Assembly: GCF_009914755.1 (NCBI RefSeq)
Contig: NC_060947.1
DNA from: the human T2T-CHM13v2.0 reference genome, Homo sapiens
Strand: one strand, 5' to 3'
DNA: 64,000 nt
Shown: positions 62,258-64,000 of the stretch, piece by piece
How the letters are laid out: the number at the start of each line of letters is the position of its first letter
Numbering within the stretch: the stretch's first letter is position 1
Notes under the pieces: generated by a model
Databases searched by the model: none
Seen by the model: the letters and a program-made list of their open reading frames with translations, nothing else
Told to the model about the DNA's origin: nothing
Translations under genes and position numbers: made by a program

Positions 62258-64000
62258 TGAACTTAAGTCGATGTTCTGAAATGGAGTCAGGTTAATAGTA
62301 ATATCCTAAATGTCACTGTCATCTGCTAACCTAACACTTTAGGCCCTTACAAACTCCCCACCACCCAGAGCAGCATTTCAAAGAATCTCTGGGGAGAGGG
62401 GCATACACAATGGGAACACTATGTTGGTTGGTGCATAAGTGAAGATAGCTGGGTAAAAATGGCTCGCAGCCTAATGGACAACTCATTCCTTAATGCAGAA
62501 AAGGTAATAATAGGGATATAAATAAAGTTCCAGCTGCTTTAGGAGACCAGGAGAGGAGGTTATTTGAATGCTCCAACAGGACATGAGACACAGCAGCTTG
62601 GGCCCCTCCAGCTCAAATGGCAAGAATAGAGTTGCTGACACTTGCAGCCCAAGATATGTATGAAATCCCAGGGAGACTTCCATGCCCGACAACCCAGCAT
62701 GGCACATCTATAAGATGGACAGACTGCCACAGTGTTACTCTCCTTTCCCATGGCGGGAGATTTTAATGACTATGATAATAAGGCAATTGGATGAAATGTG
62801 TAAACTATGGTAAGCTGTACAGACAGGACATGCAATTTTAGTAAATTGGAAATTTTATACAAGCAGTATTAAGAGTATTAATTTTTAAGGAACACGTATG
62901 CAAAAAATAATCTTTCACTAGCTGACCTCTTTGGATTCTGTCCTTACAGGGACTTTATTAGACCAGGCAATATGGTATAATGAGAAACACTTCAGACTCA
63001 AGGGATCAACAGTCTACTGCAGATGTGACAAGAAGTGAACTGTGTACCCACTCCTTCCAGTCCAGCTTCTCATGACTTCTGGACGGATCTTCAGCAGAAC
63101 CATGTGAAGTCTCTGCTTCTACCATACCCTTAGCAGGATCAAGAGATGCTCCCACCACACCCACAATCTCCAAATATTTATTTGTGGCCTTCATGAAGTG
63201 GTCAAAAGGATCACTTCTCAGAGGGCGATATTAGATTACCTACTGCCTTTCTTACCTTAACAAGGGGGAGAACTTCCATCCTGGCTTGGCCTGGAGATCC
63301 TATACCCTGCCACTGACTCCCCATCCTCAATACATCAGTTTATATAACTCAGAGTTTTGCCCTGGAACACTGCATGATGTACCTATTAGAACCACAAGCT
63401 TCCTTGGTCACACTTGTATTTATTGTGAATAATAATTTTAAAAATCTACAAGTGGAAGCTTTATAATAACAACAAAATTATTGGGAAAATATAAGTATTT
63501 CATAAAACCCAAAATACAATTCCAAAAAATCCAAAGCAACACACCACAGGTGCATAAACAAGGGTAGCTCAGGAGGATTAAACATTAGGTCTTCTAAATA
63601 ATGTTCTCTGTACTAAGACGGCATTAATGAGACCTAGCAAGCCATCACTCAGTCTCGCCGTCTAGTTCCAAACTCCAAAATTAAGAGGTTAAGTGTTGAG
63701 ATAGGTTCAACTAGAGTGAGGCGACAAAGATCAAACCAAGTAGCTATGGCCAGTGAACTCAGTCACCACAGCAAATAGAAGGATGTGTGTGTAGTGGATA
63801 GTTCACAGAGAAAAGATTCCTGCTGGACAGACCAATCAGCCTGAGACTGTCATCCCATAGGATACAAATATACTACATATCATATTTTGACATCTGCTGA
63901 TATGTAAAATTCCAAGGTTCCTTGTGTAAGCACAAGCACACATACTATAAACAACGAAAACAACCCAAAGTCCATGCCAAGGCCAAACCAAAGGTACAGC

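Overview
Primate (very likely human, Xq26) genomic DNA containing the 5' end of HS6ST2 (heparan-sulfate 6-O-sulfotransferase 2) on the minus strand. A CpG island at about 26.7-29.5 kb holds two coding exons, 29316-28889 and 28040-27522, which splice in frame to ...GPMA-S-VGNMDEKSNKLL...FLHIQKTGGTTF... A candidate non-coding upstream exon lies near 32 kb. Positions 1-27.5 kb are the start of a very large intron and positions above about 32 kb are upstream intergenic DNA. Both are dominated by transposable elements: a near-full-length ancient L1M with nested insertions, a 3.3 kb L1PA with two 3' ends inside one TSD, about 20 Alus, MST/MLT1 LTRs, MER3, MER103, MIR and L2. No other protein-coding gene is supported, and I cannot claim a wholly new biological system. 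The best unexplained signals are an ungapped 177-bp direct repeat at about 90% identity (23.5/24.4 kb), the two-start and multi-promoter architecture of HS6ST2, a splice site that reads as strong on both strands, the composite L1 and a micro-inversion scar. Repeat subfamily calls are by eye and boundaries are approximate unless a TSD is quoted.
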